From the IMG/VR virus record IMGVR_UViG_3300020430_000014, positions 1-63,533 of that record: 63,533 nt of DNA. One strand, written 5' to 3'. Both the position numbers and the translations under genes were made by a program. How positions within the stretch are numbered: position 1 is the first letter of the stretch; every line of letters begins with the position of its first letter. This DNA is from a virus (taxonomy: Duplodnaviria; Caudoviricetes). The notes below the pieces were generated by a model. That model searched no databases and was not told the origin of the DNA. It saw only the letters and a list, made by a program, of their open reading frames with translations. This document shows positions 1 through 9,897 of this stretch, piece by piece.

Positions 1-2
1 AT

Positions 3-527
3 AAATGCTCATTCTCTGGTTTGAGTCAATCATCTTCGTTCTCTCCACAAGCTTCTGACAATAACTTCTCAATGAAAGGTATTTTGAAGTTGTCGGGTTA
101 TCAACAACTTATACATAATTGGACGATCACTAATTATTCTTACGATAGAGTTTTGGATGAGTCTTCTGATCGATCCGATGCATTTGTTTATCTTGATCCT
201 CCATATGATATCAAGGATAATCTTTATGGTAAAAAAGGTGAAATGCATAAGGGGTTTGATCACGATAAATTTGCAGAGGACTGCAATAACTCCTCTACAG
301 ATATGATGATCAGTTACAACTCCGATCAACTTGTAAAAGATCGCTTTACTGATACTAAATGGAGAACAGGAGAGTTTGATCTTACATATACTATGAGATC
401 TGTTGGCGATTACATGAGTGATCAAAAAGCACGTAAAGAACTACTTTTAATGAACTATGAAAATACAAGTCTCACTGTACAAAGCGGGCAAACTCTGGAC
501 GGAGGAGTATCACTCTTCGGACTTTGA
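3..527 (+). CDS. dam: DNA adenine methyltransferase (Dam-like), 5' partial
   Basis: Frame open from window start (KCSFSGL...); catalytic motif FVYLDPPY and C-terminal ELLLMNY. Confidence 0.88.
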   Translation, partial: KCSFSGLSQSSSFSPQASDNNFSMKGILKLSGYQQLIHNWTITNYSYDRVLDESSDRSDAFVYLDPPYDIKDNLYGKKGEMHKGFDHDKFAEDCNNSSTDMMISYNSDQLVKDRFTDTKWRTGEFDLTYTMRSVGDYMSDQKARKELLLMNYENTSLTVQSGQTLDGGVSLFGL

Positions 528-639
528 AGATGCTAGAAAAATTGCTTTGGCAAGAAATCCTGGAGCAACTATCACTGGTGTCAGTGCTAATTTAACTGCT
601 GACCAAATAAAGGACGTACCTGATTATTTTAAAAACTGA
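457..639 (+). CDS. hypothetical protein
   Basis: 60 aa ORF; stop overlaps gp62 start. Confidence 0.6.
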   Translation: MKIQVSLYKAGKLWTEEYHSSDFEDARKIALARNPGATITGVSANLTADQIKDVPDYFKN

Positions 640-1004
640 TGGAACTGAAGGATTGGTTGAACTCTATTAACCACACAAAAGAGGATTTGTCGGAAGAGAT
701 CAAATCATATCCTCCATTTATTGTTAATCGTTGCTTATCTGGGCACTTAGATTGCGTTTTATTTGCCAATGAGATGAATAAAAACTCTCAAATTGACAAA
801 GACATGCAATATTCTTTTTATCTAAATAGTTTGAGGAAGCGTAAAAGGTTTTCTCCTTGGCTCCGAAAGGATAAGATTACTGATCTTGATATTGTCAAGC
901 AATACTATGGTTATAGTAATGAGAAGGCAATGCAGGCATTGAAGATCTTGTCACAAGATCAAATAGATTTTATTAAGCAAAGACTTGACATTGGTGGAAC
1001 ATGA
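639..1004 (+). CDS. gp62: clamp loader small subunit (T4 gp62)
   Basis: YPPFIVNRCLS, ANEMN, YYGYS motifs; directly upstream of regA. Confidence 0.92.
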   Translation: MELKDWLNSINHTKEDLSEEIKSYPPFIVNRCLSGHLDCVLFANEMNKNSQIDKDMQYSFYLNSLRKRKRFSPWLRKDKITDLDIVKQYYGYSNEKAMQALKILSQDQIDFIKQRLDIGGT

Positions 1005-1438
1005 CAAATAGTATTGAACCTCAGGTAAACTGGACACCTGAGATGATGGTTGAAGTGATGTTGAATGAACCTGATGATTTCCTTAAGGTTCGTGAAACTT
1101 TAACTCGTATCGGAGTTGCTTCGCGCAAAGAGAAAAAACTTTACCAATCTTGCCACATTCTCCACAAGCAGGGCAGATACTACATTACACATTTCAAGGA
1201 GTTGTTTGCTTTAGATGGCAAGCATGCAAACCTTACCGTAAATGATGTTCAGAGAAGGAATAGAATCGCGAGACTTCTCTCTGATTGGGGTTTAATTAGC
1301 GTAGTAGATGGCGATTCCATTATGGATATCGCACCTTTAAACCAAATTAAGGTTTTATCCTACAAAGATAAAAACGACTGGATCCTAGAACAAAAATATA
1401 ATATTGGATCTAAAAAGAAAGTAGAAGTTGCTGAGTGA
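1001..1438 (+). CDS. regA: translational repressor RegA
   Basis: DDFLKVRETLTRIG and LYQSCHILHKQGRYYITHFKELFALDG. Confidence 0.97.
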   Translation: MTNSIEPQVNWTPEMMVEVMLNEPDDFLKVRETLTRIGVASRKEKKLYQSCHILHKQGRYYITHFKELFALDGKHANLTVNDVQRRNRIARLLSDWGLISVVDGDSIMDIAPLNQIKVLSYKDKNDWILEQKYNIGSKKKVEVAE

Positions 1439-1641
1439 TGGAAGAAAACGATCTAGAACAAGACGGATATCAACTATTCTTATCAATAGAAGATGTCCGT
1501 ATGTTCTATGATCATACGTGCTATTCTATCAAGATGTGGCCAGGAGCACCTGCTAGACCATATGAGGAACAAGAGTTTTTGATGCATCTGAAGTCTCAAC
1601 TATTTGCTATGCTTGCTGACCATACGTTTAATAACGGTTAA
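1435..1641 (+). CDS. hypothetical protein
   Basis: ORF coupled to regA stop. Confidence 0.55.
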   Translation: MMEENDLEQDGYQLFLSIEDVRMFYDHTCYSIKMWPGAPARPYEEQEFLMHLKSQLFAMLADHTFNNG

Positions 1642-1703
1642 CCCAACAATCATATTCGGTTATCGCGGTTACTCTTTTTTGTAGTTTGTGTTTAAATAGT
1701 ATT

Positions 1704-1760
1704 GGATGCCGCAAGGGTCCACACAACATAAACTCGCTTAGTAAAGGAGCTAACACCATG
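1704..1760 (+). promoter_or_regulatory. structured 5' UTR of hsp20, ROSE-like RNA thermometer candidate
   Basis: GCAA-loop hairpin 1704-1720, then CUCGCU (1733-1738) able to pair with SD AGGAG (1745-1749); TAAATA just upstream. Confidence 0.5.
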
Positions 1761-2192
1761 GGTAACCTCATGAGATATAATGCTGCAGATATTCCGCAGC
1801 TTCTGGATAGAATCAATCGTAACAGTATTGGAATGGACGAGTATTTTGATCGTCTATTCAACGTACATGAATCATCTACTAACTATCCTCCCTATAATTT
1901 GATCCAGGTTAGCAATGTAGAATCGCGTTTAGAACTCGCGCTTGCTGGATTTAAAAAGGAAGAGGTAAATGTCTACACCGAATACGGAAAACTTTTTGTT
2001 GAAGGGCAAAAAGAGAATAAAGAGACCGATGCGTCATATGTCCACAGAGGAATGGCTCAACGATCTTTCACCAGAGCATGGACGCTCAGTGATGATACGG
2101 AAATTAGATCAGTTACTTTTGAGGATGGGTTACTGAGTATCGCACTCGGTAAGGTAGTTCCAGAACATCATGCTCGTAAAGACTACCTATAA
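1758..2192 (+). CDS. hsp20: small heat shock protein Hsp20
   Basis: NYPPYN, ELALAGF, HRGMAQRSFTR, EDGLL alpha-crystallin motifs; start moved to ATG 1758 after AGGAG. Confidence 0.95.
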   Translation: MGNLMRYNAADIPQLLDRINRNSIGMDEYFDRLFNVHESSTNYPPYNLIQVSNVESRLELALAGFKKEEVNVYTEYGKLFVEGQKENKETDASYVHRGMAQRSFTRAWTLSDDTEIRSVTFEDGLLSIALGKVVPEHHARKDYL

Positions 2193-2195
2193 ATA
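2188..2195 (+). promoter_or_regulatory. T4-type late promoter
   Basis: TATAAATA overlapping hsp20 stop. Confidence 0.65.
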
Positions 2196-2228
2196 ATAGC
2201 GGCTACCTTCCAAATATCGTCGCCGCAC

Positions 2229-2271
2229 GGGCGGGGTTGGTCAGAATCAACCCTTGCCCCCTTTTCTTTTT
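2229..2271 (+). terminator. rho-independent terminator overlapping a sigma70-like promoter
   Basis: gggcggggttgg/tcaacccttgccc stem plus T-rich tail; TTGCCC(2254)-17-TAATAT(2277) overlaps it. Confidence 0.65.
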
Positions 2272-2303
2272 CGTGCTAATATAACAGTAAACTTCATTTA
2301 GTT

Positions 2304-2648
2304 ATGGCAATTAAACTAGCTGTCGTGAAGACAGGAGAACAAATAATTACTGATGTTGAAGAGATGCTTCTTGAAGACAAAGTAGTTGGTTATTTTTTCA
2401 ATAAACCTTGTGTAGTAAAAACGGGTGATCCCCAGATTGGTGAAGAAGGAGCATCCTTTGAAATCAAACTGAGTCCTTGGATTGCTCTGGGTAAAGGATA
2501 TAAGTTCCCAGTTCCTCTCGATTGGATTGTGACATTTGTCGATCCTGTAGATGAATTGAACAGAATGTATATGACTGACATCCTCCGCCAAGATGTGGAT
2601 GAGCAAAGTCAATCTATGGTAGTAACTGATAACTGTAAGGATTGTTGA
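2304..2648 (+). CDS. conserved cyanophage hypothetical protein
   Basis: MAIKLAVVKTGEQII-type ORF typical between hsp20 and gp43. Confidence 0.75.
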   Translation: MAIKLAVVKTGEQIITDVEEMLLEDKVVGYFFNKPCVVKTGDPQIGEEGASFEIKLSPWIALGKGYKFPVPLDWIVTFVDPVDELNRMYMTDILRQDVDEQSQSMVVTDNCKDC

Positions 2649-2649
2649 T

Positions 2650-2904
2650 ATGGAACCTAAAGTAATTATCTTTCAAACTGGTGGAACTCTAATTGCTAAA
2701 TTAGAAGAAGCACCTTCTGCTGACCTTGGCGAACCAGATTGCATTCTGGTACAACCATTTAACATTATGCCTGATGGAACCCTTCAAAATTGGTTGGGCG
2801 ACATTACCGCAGATACCAAGTTCAAGATTCATTCCGATAAGATCTTGACCATTGCAGAACCAACTGGTAGAATCAAAGAACTGTACAGCAGTTTGACTAA
2901 GTGA
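2650..2904 (+). CDS. conserved cyanophage hypothetical protein
   Basis: LGEPDC motif; overlaps gp43 start. Confidence 0.75.
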   Translation: MEPKVIIFQTGGTLIAKLEEAPSADLGEPDCILVQPFNIMPDGTLQNWLGDITADTKFKIHSDKILTIAEPTGRIKELYSSLTK

Positions 2905-5396
2905 GATTTTATACGAACGTCCAGATGGTCGGGAACCAGTTCCTCGTCAGAGGTTATGAAGATGGTAAACGCTTCACTACCCGCGAGAAGTGGAACCCGA
3001 CCCTTTTTGTACCATCTCAAAAGAAGACGTTCTATAAAACTCTTAGTGGAGAACAGGTTGAGGCAATCAAACCAGGCACTGTACATGAGTGCCGTGAGTT
3101 CATCAAAAAATATGATGGCGTAGAAGGATTTAAAATCTACGGTAACGAGCGGTTCATCTATCAATATATCTCTGAGAAGTATTCTGAGCAAGAGATCAAG
3201 TTTGACATTGGTAAGATTATGCTATCTACCATTGACATTGAGGTTGCTTCTGAGAATGGATTCCCAGACGTAGAGTCTGCTGCTGAAGAAGTTCTTCTTA
3301 TTACCCTTCAGGATTATGCAACCAAGGAGATCATTACTTGGGGTCAGGGTCCATTCAAACTTAAGCAAGGGAATCATTACTACAAGCAATTCAATAATGA
3401 AGAAGATCTTCTTCATGACTTTATCAGTTGGTGGATTGACAACACTCCCGAAGTTGTCACTGGATGGAATAGCAAACTGTATGATATTCCGTATCTAGTC
3501 CGTCGTATTGATAGGATTCTTGGTGAGAAGTTGATGAAGAGACTCTCTCCGTGGGGTCTTGTAACTGAGCAAGAGGTTTATATTCAAGGCAGAAAGCAAT
3601 TGTCCTATGACATTGGTGGAGTCTCTCAGTTAGATTATCTGGACCTGTATAAGAAGTTTACTTACACAAACCAAGAATCTTACCGACTGGATCATATTGC
3701 AACTGTAGAGTTGGGACAGAAGAAACTAGACCACTCTGAGTTTGATACATTCAAAGACTTCTATACAAACGGTTGGCAAAAGTTTGTAGAATATAACATT
3801 ATTGACGTGGAACTTGTTGACCGATTGGAAGACAAGATGAAGTTGATTGAACTTGCATTGACTATGGCATACGATGCCAAGGTCAATTATGAAGATGTGT
3901 TCTATCAGGTGAGGATGTGGGACACGATCATTTATAACTACTTAAAGGGAAGAGGAATTGTTATTCCTCCTAAAGAGAAGTCCGACAAGAACGAAAAGTA
4001 CGCAGGTGCTTATGTTAAGGAACCGAAACCTGGAAAGTATGATTGGGTTGTGTCTTTTGACCTTAATTCTCTGTACCCTCATCTTATTATGCAATACAAC
4101 ATCTCACCAGAGACGTTACGAGATACTAGACACCCATCGGCTACGGTTGATCGAATCCTTAATGAAGAGATAGACTTTGAGGATTATAAAGATAGTGCGG
4201 TGTGTGCTAACGGGTCCATGTACCGTAAGAATACTCGTGGGTTTTTGCCAGAACTCATGGATAAGATGTATAGTGAGCGAGTGATCTTCAAAAAGAAGAT
4301 GCTCAAAGCAAAGCAAGCATATGAGAAGACACCTACTAAAGATTTGGAGAAGGAAATTGCACGCTGTAACAATATTCAGATGGCTAAGAAGATCGCCCTT
4401 AACTCTGCCTATGGTGCTATTGGCAATCAATATTTTCGTTACTATAAACTTGCTAACGCCGAAGCAATCACCCTATCTGGACAAGTCTCCATCCGCTGGA
4501 TTGAGAACCGAATGAATGCTTATCTAAATAGGATTCTAAAGACGGAAGACAAAGATTATGTTATTGCGTCTGATACTGATTCTATCTACCTACACCTTGG
4601 TCCGCTTGTTGATCGTGTGTTTACTGAGGGATCTGATAATAAAGAAAAGGTAGTTGAGTTCCTTGACAAAGCATGTCAAGATCAAATTGAACCCTTTATT
4701 GATAAGAGTTATCAGCAGTTAGCAGAGTATGTTAACGCTTATGATCAGAAGATGTTCATGAAGCGTGAGAACATTGCTGACCGTGGGATTTGGACGGCTA
4801 AGAAGCGATATATCTTGAATGTATGGAACAGTGAAGGTGTTGCTTATGCTGAACCTAAACTGAAGATCATGGGCATTGAAGCGGTCAAGTCATCAACTCC
4901 TGCCCCTTGTCGAACTATGATTAAGGGTGCTCTAAAACTTATGATGACTGGCACTGAGGAAGATGTGATTGAATTTATTGACAAGAGTAGACAAGAGTTT
5001 AGGCAATTGCCTCCTGAACAGATCTCATTTCCTAGGTCTGTATCCAACGTCAAGAAGTATGAGTGTAGAACTTCCATCTACTCAAAGGGAACACCCATTC
5101 ATGTCAGGGGTGCCCTCCTATTCAACCATCATGTAAAGGACAAAAAACTGACCAATAAATATTCACTCATCAATAATGGTGAGAAGATCAAGTTCTGCTA
5201 TTTGAAGGAACCAAATCCATTACGAGAGAACGTTATCTCGTTTATTCAAGAATTTCCTAAGGAGTTGAACCTTGACAAGTATATTGACTATAACCTACAA
5301 TTCGACAAGAGTTTTGTCGAACCTGTAAAAACCATTCTTGACGCCATCGGATGGAACGTTGAGAAGACTGTAAACCTTGAACTATTTTTTGGATAA
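2901..5396 (+). CDS. gp43: DNA polymerase, family B (T4 gp43)
   Basis: DIEV exonuclease motif, SFDLNSLYP, KIALNSAYG, ASDTDS. Confidence 0.98.
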   Translation: MRFYTNVQMVGNQFLVRGYEDGKRFTTREKWNPTLFVPSQKKTFYKTLSGEQVEAIKPGTVHECREFIKKYDGVEGFKIYGNERFIYQYISEKYSEQEIKFDIGKIMLSTIDIEVASENGFPDVESAAEEVLLITLQDYATKEIITWGQGPFKLKQGNHYYKQFNNEEDLLHDFISWWIDNTPEVVTGWNSKLYDIPYLVRRIDRILGEKLMKRLSPWGLVTEQEVYIQGRKQLSYDIGGVSQLDYLDLYKKFTYTNQESYRLDHIATVELGQKKLDHSEFDTFKDFYTNGWQKFVEYNIIDVELVDRLEDKMKLIELALTMAYDAKVNYEDVFYQVRMWDTIIYNYLKGRGIVIPPKEKSDKNEKYAGAYVKEPKPGKYDWVVSFDLNSLYPHLIMQYNISPETLRDTRHPSATVDRILNEEIDFEDYKDSAVCANGSMYRKNTRGFLPELMDKMYSERVIFKKKMLKAKQAYEKTPTKDLEKEIARCNNIQMAKKIALNSAYGAIGNQYFRYYKLANAEAITLSGQVSIRWIENRMNAYLNRILKTEDKDYVIASDTDSIYLHLGPLVDRVFTEGSDNKEKVVEFLDKACQDQIEPFIDKSYQQLAEYVNAYDQKMFMKRENIADRGIWTAKKRYILNVWNSEGVAYAEPKLKIMGIEAVKSSTPAPCRTMIKGALKLMMTGTEEDVIEFIDKSRQEFRQLPPEQISFPRSVSNVKKYECRTSIYSKGTPIHVRGALLFNHHVKDKKLTNKYSLINNGEKIKFCYLKEPNPLRENVISFIQEFPKELNLDKYIDYNLQFDKSFVEPVKTILDAIGWNVEKTVNLELFFG

Positions 5397-5566
5397 TGGA
5401 ACTGCCTATCAACGATAAAGAACTTGCTACTATTGTAAGCGCATTGCGACTGGGCGGTGATGCAGCACTTTATCAAAAACTGAATATTATTAAAGAGATC
5501 CGTGATGCTAACCCAGGCGGACCTTATAAGAAAATTGCTCGTGAACAGTTTGGTTTTGCACTGTAA
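5396..5566 (+). CDS. small hypothetical protein (56 aa, not in ORF track)
   Basis: MELPINDKELATIVSAL...FGFAL; TAATG coupling at both ends. Confidence 0.65.
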   Translation: MELPINDKELATIVSALRLGGDAALYQKLNIIKEIRDANPGGPYKKIAREQFGFAL

Positions 5567-6195
5567 TGGAGATCGTTACATTATTCCCCACAACAGTTTA
5601 TAAAAACAATATAATCAACGATTTTACTGAAGATTGTATTGACAATTTAAAGGGTGAGGAATATATAAGAACGCCTCTAGATAATGGATGGATAACTAAA
5701 AAGTTAGATCTTCATAAAGATGATAAGTATAATGATCTTTTTGGTGCCATTGATTACCATGTAAATTATTTTGCAAAAGAAATTTTAAAAATAAAAGATG
5801 ACATTGATTTGGTCTGCATGTCTTCTTGGGTAACTATGAATATTGGATCTGATTATGCTCAAGATCATATTCACGCATCGTCTATGATCAGCGGTGTTCT
5901 TTATCTGGATGCTCCACCAGGTTCTGCTCCAATAAATTTTCATGGAGATATTAATAAAAATAATACCTTTGGAACTTTCTTTCCAATACAATATTCTGAA
6001 TTTAATCAGTTAAACTCAAACACCTACCGAGTTGACGTAGAGAGTGGTATAATGGTGTTGTTTCCATCAAGCCTCAGACACTCTGTGAGACCCAATTCAG
6101 ATTCAAGTATAAAGAGGTATGTACTATCTTTTGACTACATACCCGTAGGAGTTTTGAATGCGGGACCAACTAAAATTTCATTAAATGTTTTGTGA
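5566..6195 (+). CDS. 2OG-Fe(II) oxygenase (TIGR02466-like)
   Basis: HxH...ISGVLYL, LFPSSLRHSV, RYVLSF. Confidence 0.85.
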   Translation: MEIVTLFPTTVYKNNIINDFTEDCIDNLKGEEYIRTPLDNGWITKKLDLHKDDKYNDLFGAIDYHVNYFAKEILKIKDDIDLVCMSSWVTMNIGSDYAQDHIHASSMISGVLYLDAPPGSAPINFHGDINKNNTFGTFFPIQYSEFNQLNSNTYRVDVESGIMVLFPSSLRHSVRPNSDSSIKRYVLSFDYIPVGVLNAGPTKISLNVL

Positions 6196-6197
6196 CT

Positions 6198-6317
6198 ATG
6201 ATTAAAGTAAAGTATCAACTTAAAGAACATCCAAACACAACGCTTTTTAAGTTCTTTAAAACTGAAGAACATGTAGAGATGTTTAAATCTCAAAACCCAC
6301 ATTATATTTTTGAGTGA
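6198..6317 (+). CDS. small hypothetical protein (39 aa)
   Basis: MIKVKYQLKEHP...HYIFE fills the gap before uvsX. Confidence 0.5.
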   Translation: MIKVKYQLKEHPNTTLFKFFKTEEHVEMFKSQNPHYIFE

Positions 6318-6320
6318 CCT

Positions 6321-7337
6321 ATGGATTTTTTGAAGGACATTGTAAAAGAGATTGGCGATGAATACACACAACTCGCCGCAGATATTGACGACTCTGAGAC
6401 TTATGTGGACACGGGTTCGTACATCTTTAACGGACTTTGCTCAGGTAGTATATTTGGTGGTGTATCTGGGAATAAGATTACTGCCATTGCTGGCGAGTCT
6501 AGCACTGGTAAAACTTTCTTCTCACTTGCTATGGTTAAGAATTTCCTCGATTCTAACCCTGACAGTTACTGCCTCTATTTTGACACTGAAGCCGCAGTTA
6601 ATAAATCACTCCTCACAAGCCGTGGTATTGACCTTGCTAGGGTTGTCGTTGTTAATGTCGTTACCATCGAAGACTTCCGTAGTAAAGCACTGAAGGCAGT
6701 GGATATGTACCTCAAAGCGCCTGAGGGTGAGCGCAAACCATGTATGTTTGTGCTAGACTCTCTTGGAATGCTATCCACAGAGAAGGAGATTACTGACGCT
6801 CTCAACGAGAAGCAGGTTAGAGACATGACCAAATCTCAACTTGTCAAAGGTGCGTTCAGGATGCTCACACTTAAGTTGGGTCAAGCAAACATCCCCATGA
6901 TCGTAACTAATCACACTTATGACGTTATCGGTGCCTATGTTCCCACAAAGGAAATGGGTGGTGGTTCTGGTCTTAAGTACGCTGCTTCCACTATCATCTA
7001 TCTTAGTAAAAAGAAAGAGAAGGATGGAACAGAGATCGTTGGAAATCTTATCAAGGCAAAGACCGCTAAGTCACGTTTGAGCAAGGAGAACAAAGATGTT
7101 ACGGTGCGTCTTTATTACGATGAGCGTGGTCTTGATCGATATTACGGTCTTCTTGAACTTGGTGAACTCGGTGGACTTTGGAAGAACGTTGCAGGTCGTT
7201 ATGAGATGACTGTTGATGGTGAGACTAAAAAGGTCTATGCCAAGGCAATCCTTAAAGACCCTGAAACCTATTTTACTCCTGAAGTGATGGAGAAGTTGGA
7301 TTCCATTGCTAGAGAGGAGTTTAGTTATGGGAATTGA
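6321..7337 (+). CDS. uvsX: RecA-like recombinase UvsX
   Basis: Walker A GESSTGKT, FVLDSLG, MGGGSGLKY. Confidence 0.96.
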   Translation: MDFLKDIVKEIGDEYTQLAADIDDSETYVDTGSYIFNGLCSGSIFGGVSGNKITAIAGESSTGKTFFSLAMVKNFLDSNPDSYCLYFDTEAAVNKSLLTSRGIDLARVVVVNVVTIEDFRSKALKAVDMYLKAPEGERKPCMFVLDSLGMLSTEKEITDALNEKQVRDMTKSQLVKGAFRMLTLKLGQANIPMIVTNHTYDVIGAYVPTKEMGGGSGLKYAASTIIYLSKKKEKDGTEIVGNLIKAKTAKSRLSKENKDVTVRLYYDERGLDRYYGLLELGELGGLWKNVAGRYEMTVDGETKKVYAKAILKDPETYFTPEVMEKLDSIAREEFSYGN

Positions 7338-7992
7338 CAAACTCTTCCCATGTTTTCCAATTCCAATTGAAGTGCATAACTTTCAAAAGGAAACTCATGA
7401 TTTGAACGTTCAGTTAATGAATGACATCTATTATGAGTTGGAGAATAGTGGAGGAGTTGTTGCAAGCAACGTTGGTGGGTGGCATAGTGAGAGTGATTTG
7501 CACACAAGATTTCCTTCCTTTCAATCTTTAATGAATATTATCAACAATGCTTTAAACCAGTATTGTGATAAGCATGGATATGAAAGTGGACTTGTGTGTA
7601 AAAGGATCTGGGCAAATTTGAATCGTGAGAACGAATACAATATGCCACATCATCACGGTAACAATGCGATGACTGGGGTTTACTATCCAGTAAAGCAAGT
7701 TATTGGAGATCTGTATGAGTTTAATTACAGTGAAAATGTTTCTCTTCAATTAGGAACTTATGATGGTGAACAGGGTGGATGTCTAACAATTCAAGATCCT
7801 TCTTACGGTTTGAAGACAAAGTTGAGGAAGAAAAAACAATATAAAGCTTTTACAGCAGATCACTATCATTACTATCCTGTTGCGGGCACTCTAGTATTAA
7901 TGCCCTCATATTTGGTACATAGCGTTTTGCCTTTTCAGGGCGAAGGTGAACGAGTAAGTATTTCTTTTTCTTGTGATTATGGAGACTATTGA
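7327..7992 (+). CDS. 2OG-Fe(II) oxygenase (TIGR02466-like)
   Basis: SNVGGWHS, PHHH..MTGVYY, MPSYLVHSV, RVSISF. Confidence 0.85.
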   Translation: MGIDKLFPCFPIPIEVHNFQKETHDLNVQLMNDIYYELENSGGVVASNVGGWHSESDLHTRFPSFQSLMNIINNALNQYCDKHGYESGLVCKRIWANLNRENEYNMPHHHGNNAMTGVYYPVKQVIGDLYEFNYSENVSLQLGTYDGEQGGCLTIQDPSYGLKTKLRKKKQYKAFTADHYHYYPVAGTLVLMPSYLVHSVLPFQGEGERVSISFSCDYGDY

Positions 7993-9364
7993 GCACACGA
8001 TTCTAAAGAATCTTTTATATAATGAAGAATACTCCCGTAAGGTAATTCCCTTCATAAAACCTGAATACTTCCAAGAAGTATCTCAGAAGATTATGTTTGA
8101 AGAGATTGTTTCCTTCATCACAAAATACAATACACAGGTTACTGTCGAAGCACTTCTAATTGAGATTTCTGATAGGAAGGATCTCAATGAAGGCATGCTT
8201 AAAGAATTGCAGATCCTGGTTACTAATTTGCAAGATAGTCCTGCAGATCTTCAGTGGTTGTATGATACCACTGAGAAGTGGTGTCGTGATAGAGCAATCT
8301 ATCTTGCTCTAATGGACTCCATCAATATTGCTGATGGCAATGATGAGAAAAAGAATAGGGATGCTATTCCATCTATCCTTAGTGAAGCACTAGCAGTCTC
8401 TTTTGACAATAACATTGGTCACGATTACTTTGCAAATGCCGACGAACGATTCGACTACTATCATCAGAAGCAGGACAAGATCCCCTTCGACTTGGAATAC
8501 TTTAACAAGATTACAAAGGGAGGTCTTGTTAATAAGAGTCTTAATGTCGCTCTTGCTGGTACAGGCGTCGGTAAGTCTTTGTTCATGTGCCATATGGCTA
8601 GCTCCTGTTTGCTTAACGGACATAGCGTCCTATACATTACAATGGAGATGGCAGAAGAGAAAATTGCTGAGCGTATTGATGCAAACTTACTCAATGTTCC
8701 CATACAGGAGATTAGTGAACTTCCTAAGGTGATGTTTGACAGCAAAGTCACAAAATTGTCGCAAAAAACTCAAGGTTCTCTTATAATTAAGGAGTATCCC
8801 ACCGCAAGCGCACATAGTGGACATTTTAAAGCACTTCTTAATGAGCTTGCACTTAAGAAGTCATTTAGACCTGATATTATTTTCATTGATTACCTTAATA
8901 TATGCGCTTCCTCAAGATATCGCGCAAATGGCAATGTCAATTCATATTCGTATATTAAGTCTATTGCAGAGGAGCTTAGAGGATTGGCTGTTGAAGCAAA
9001 CGTCCCTATCGTATCTGCCACGCAGACCACTCGTTCTGGTTACGGTAGCTCTGATGTTGACCTTACTGACACTTCTGAGTCCTTTGGTCTCCCTGCTACT
9101 GCTGATCTTATGTTTGCCCTTATTAGCACAGATGAATTGGAGGAACTCGGGCAGATTATGGTGAAGCAGTTGAAGAATAGATACAATGATTTGTCTGTCA
9201 ATAAGAGATTTATTGTTGGTATTGATCGTGCTAAAATGAGACTGTATGATTGTGAGCAATCAGCACAGAATGATGTTCTTGACAGTGGTCAAGACGAAGA
9301 GTATGAGAATGAAGATAGAAAATCTTCCCGCAAAGAAAAGTTTGGAACCTTCAAGTTTGATTGA
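7979..9364 (+). CDS. gp41: replicative DNA helicase (T4 gp41)
   Basis: AGTGVGKS, IFIDYLNIC, SATQTTRSG, KQLKNRY. Confidence 0.97.
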   Translation: METIEHTILKNLLYNEEYSRKVIPFIKPEYFQEVSQKIMFEEIVSFITKYNTQVTVEALLIEISDRKDLNEGMLKELQILVTNLQDSPADLQWLYDTTEKWCRDRAIYLALMDSINIADGNDEKKNRDAIPSILSEALAVSFDNNIGHDYFANADERFDYYHQKQDKIPFDLEYFNKITKGGLVNKSLNVALAGTGVGKSLFMCHMASSCLLNGHSVLYITMEMAEEKIAERIDANLLNVPIQEISELPKVMFDSKVTKLSQKTQGSLIIKEYPTASAHSGHFKALLNELALKKSFRPDIIFIDYLNICASSRYRANGNVNSYSYIKSIAEELRGLAVEANVPIVSATQTTRSGYGSSDVDLTDTSESFGLPATADLMFALISTDELEELGQIMVKQLKNRYNDLSVNKRFIVGIDRAKMRLYDCEQSAQNDVLDSGQDEEYENEDRKSSRKEKFGTFKFD

Positions 9365-9366
9365 TT

Positions 9367-9897
9367 ATGAAAAGCATTAACCCTGAATTGATTGGTGATT
9401 TTAAATCCATTGAGTATCCTGCAAGGAGGCAGTTCCCTAGTGATGAGATCGTAGAGCGTTGGAAGAGTCGTGGACATCTTTATGTCAATTACACTGGACT
9501 TCTTCGTGAAGAGTATCGTGGAGTTCCTGAATGGACACATGATATTGTAGACTCGCTTAAGAAAAAATATATTACTGTTGATGATAAGTGGTACTTCATG
9601 AAAGAGACTTCTCTATCTCTTTATAATATGCCACCAGGAACTATCATGCCTGAGCATGAAGATACTTATCCTAGGTTTAGAGAGATCTATAATGAACCTG
9701 ATATTAACAAGATTTGTAGGGTTTTGATCTTCCTTGAAGATTGGAAGACAGGACATTATTTTGAGTTAGATCAACAACCATATGTCAAATGGAAGAAAGG
9801 TGATTATCTCTGGTGGACTGGAGATACTACACACTTGGCAGCAAACCTTGGACTTGAGAATAGATATACTATGCAAATTACAGCGACTTTGGCATGA
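9367..9897 (+). CDS. 2OG-Fe(II) oxygenase / cupin-fold hydroxylase
   Basis: MPEHED (HxD), THLAAN, RYTMQIT. Confidence 0.75.
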   Translation: MKSINPELIGDFKSIEYPARRQFPSDEIVERWKSRGHLYVNYTGLLREEYRGVPEWTHDIVDSLKKKYITVDDKWYFMKETSLSLYNMPPGTIMPEHEDTYPRFREIYNEPDINKICRVLIFLEDWKTGHYFELDQQPYVKWKKGDYLWWTGDTTHLAANLGLENRYTMQITATLA

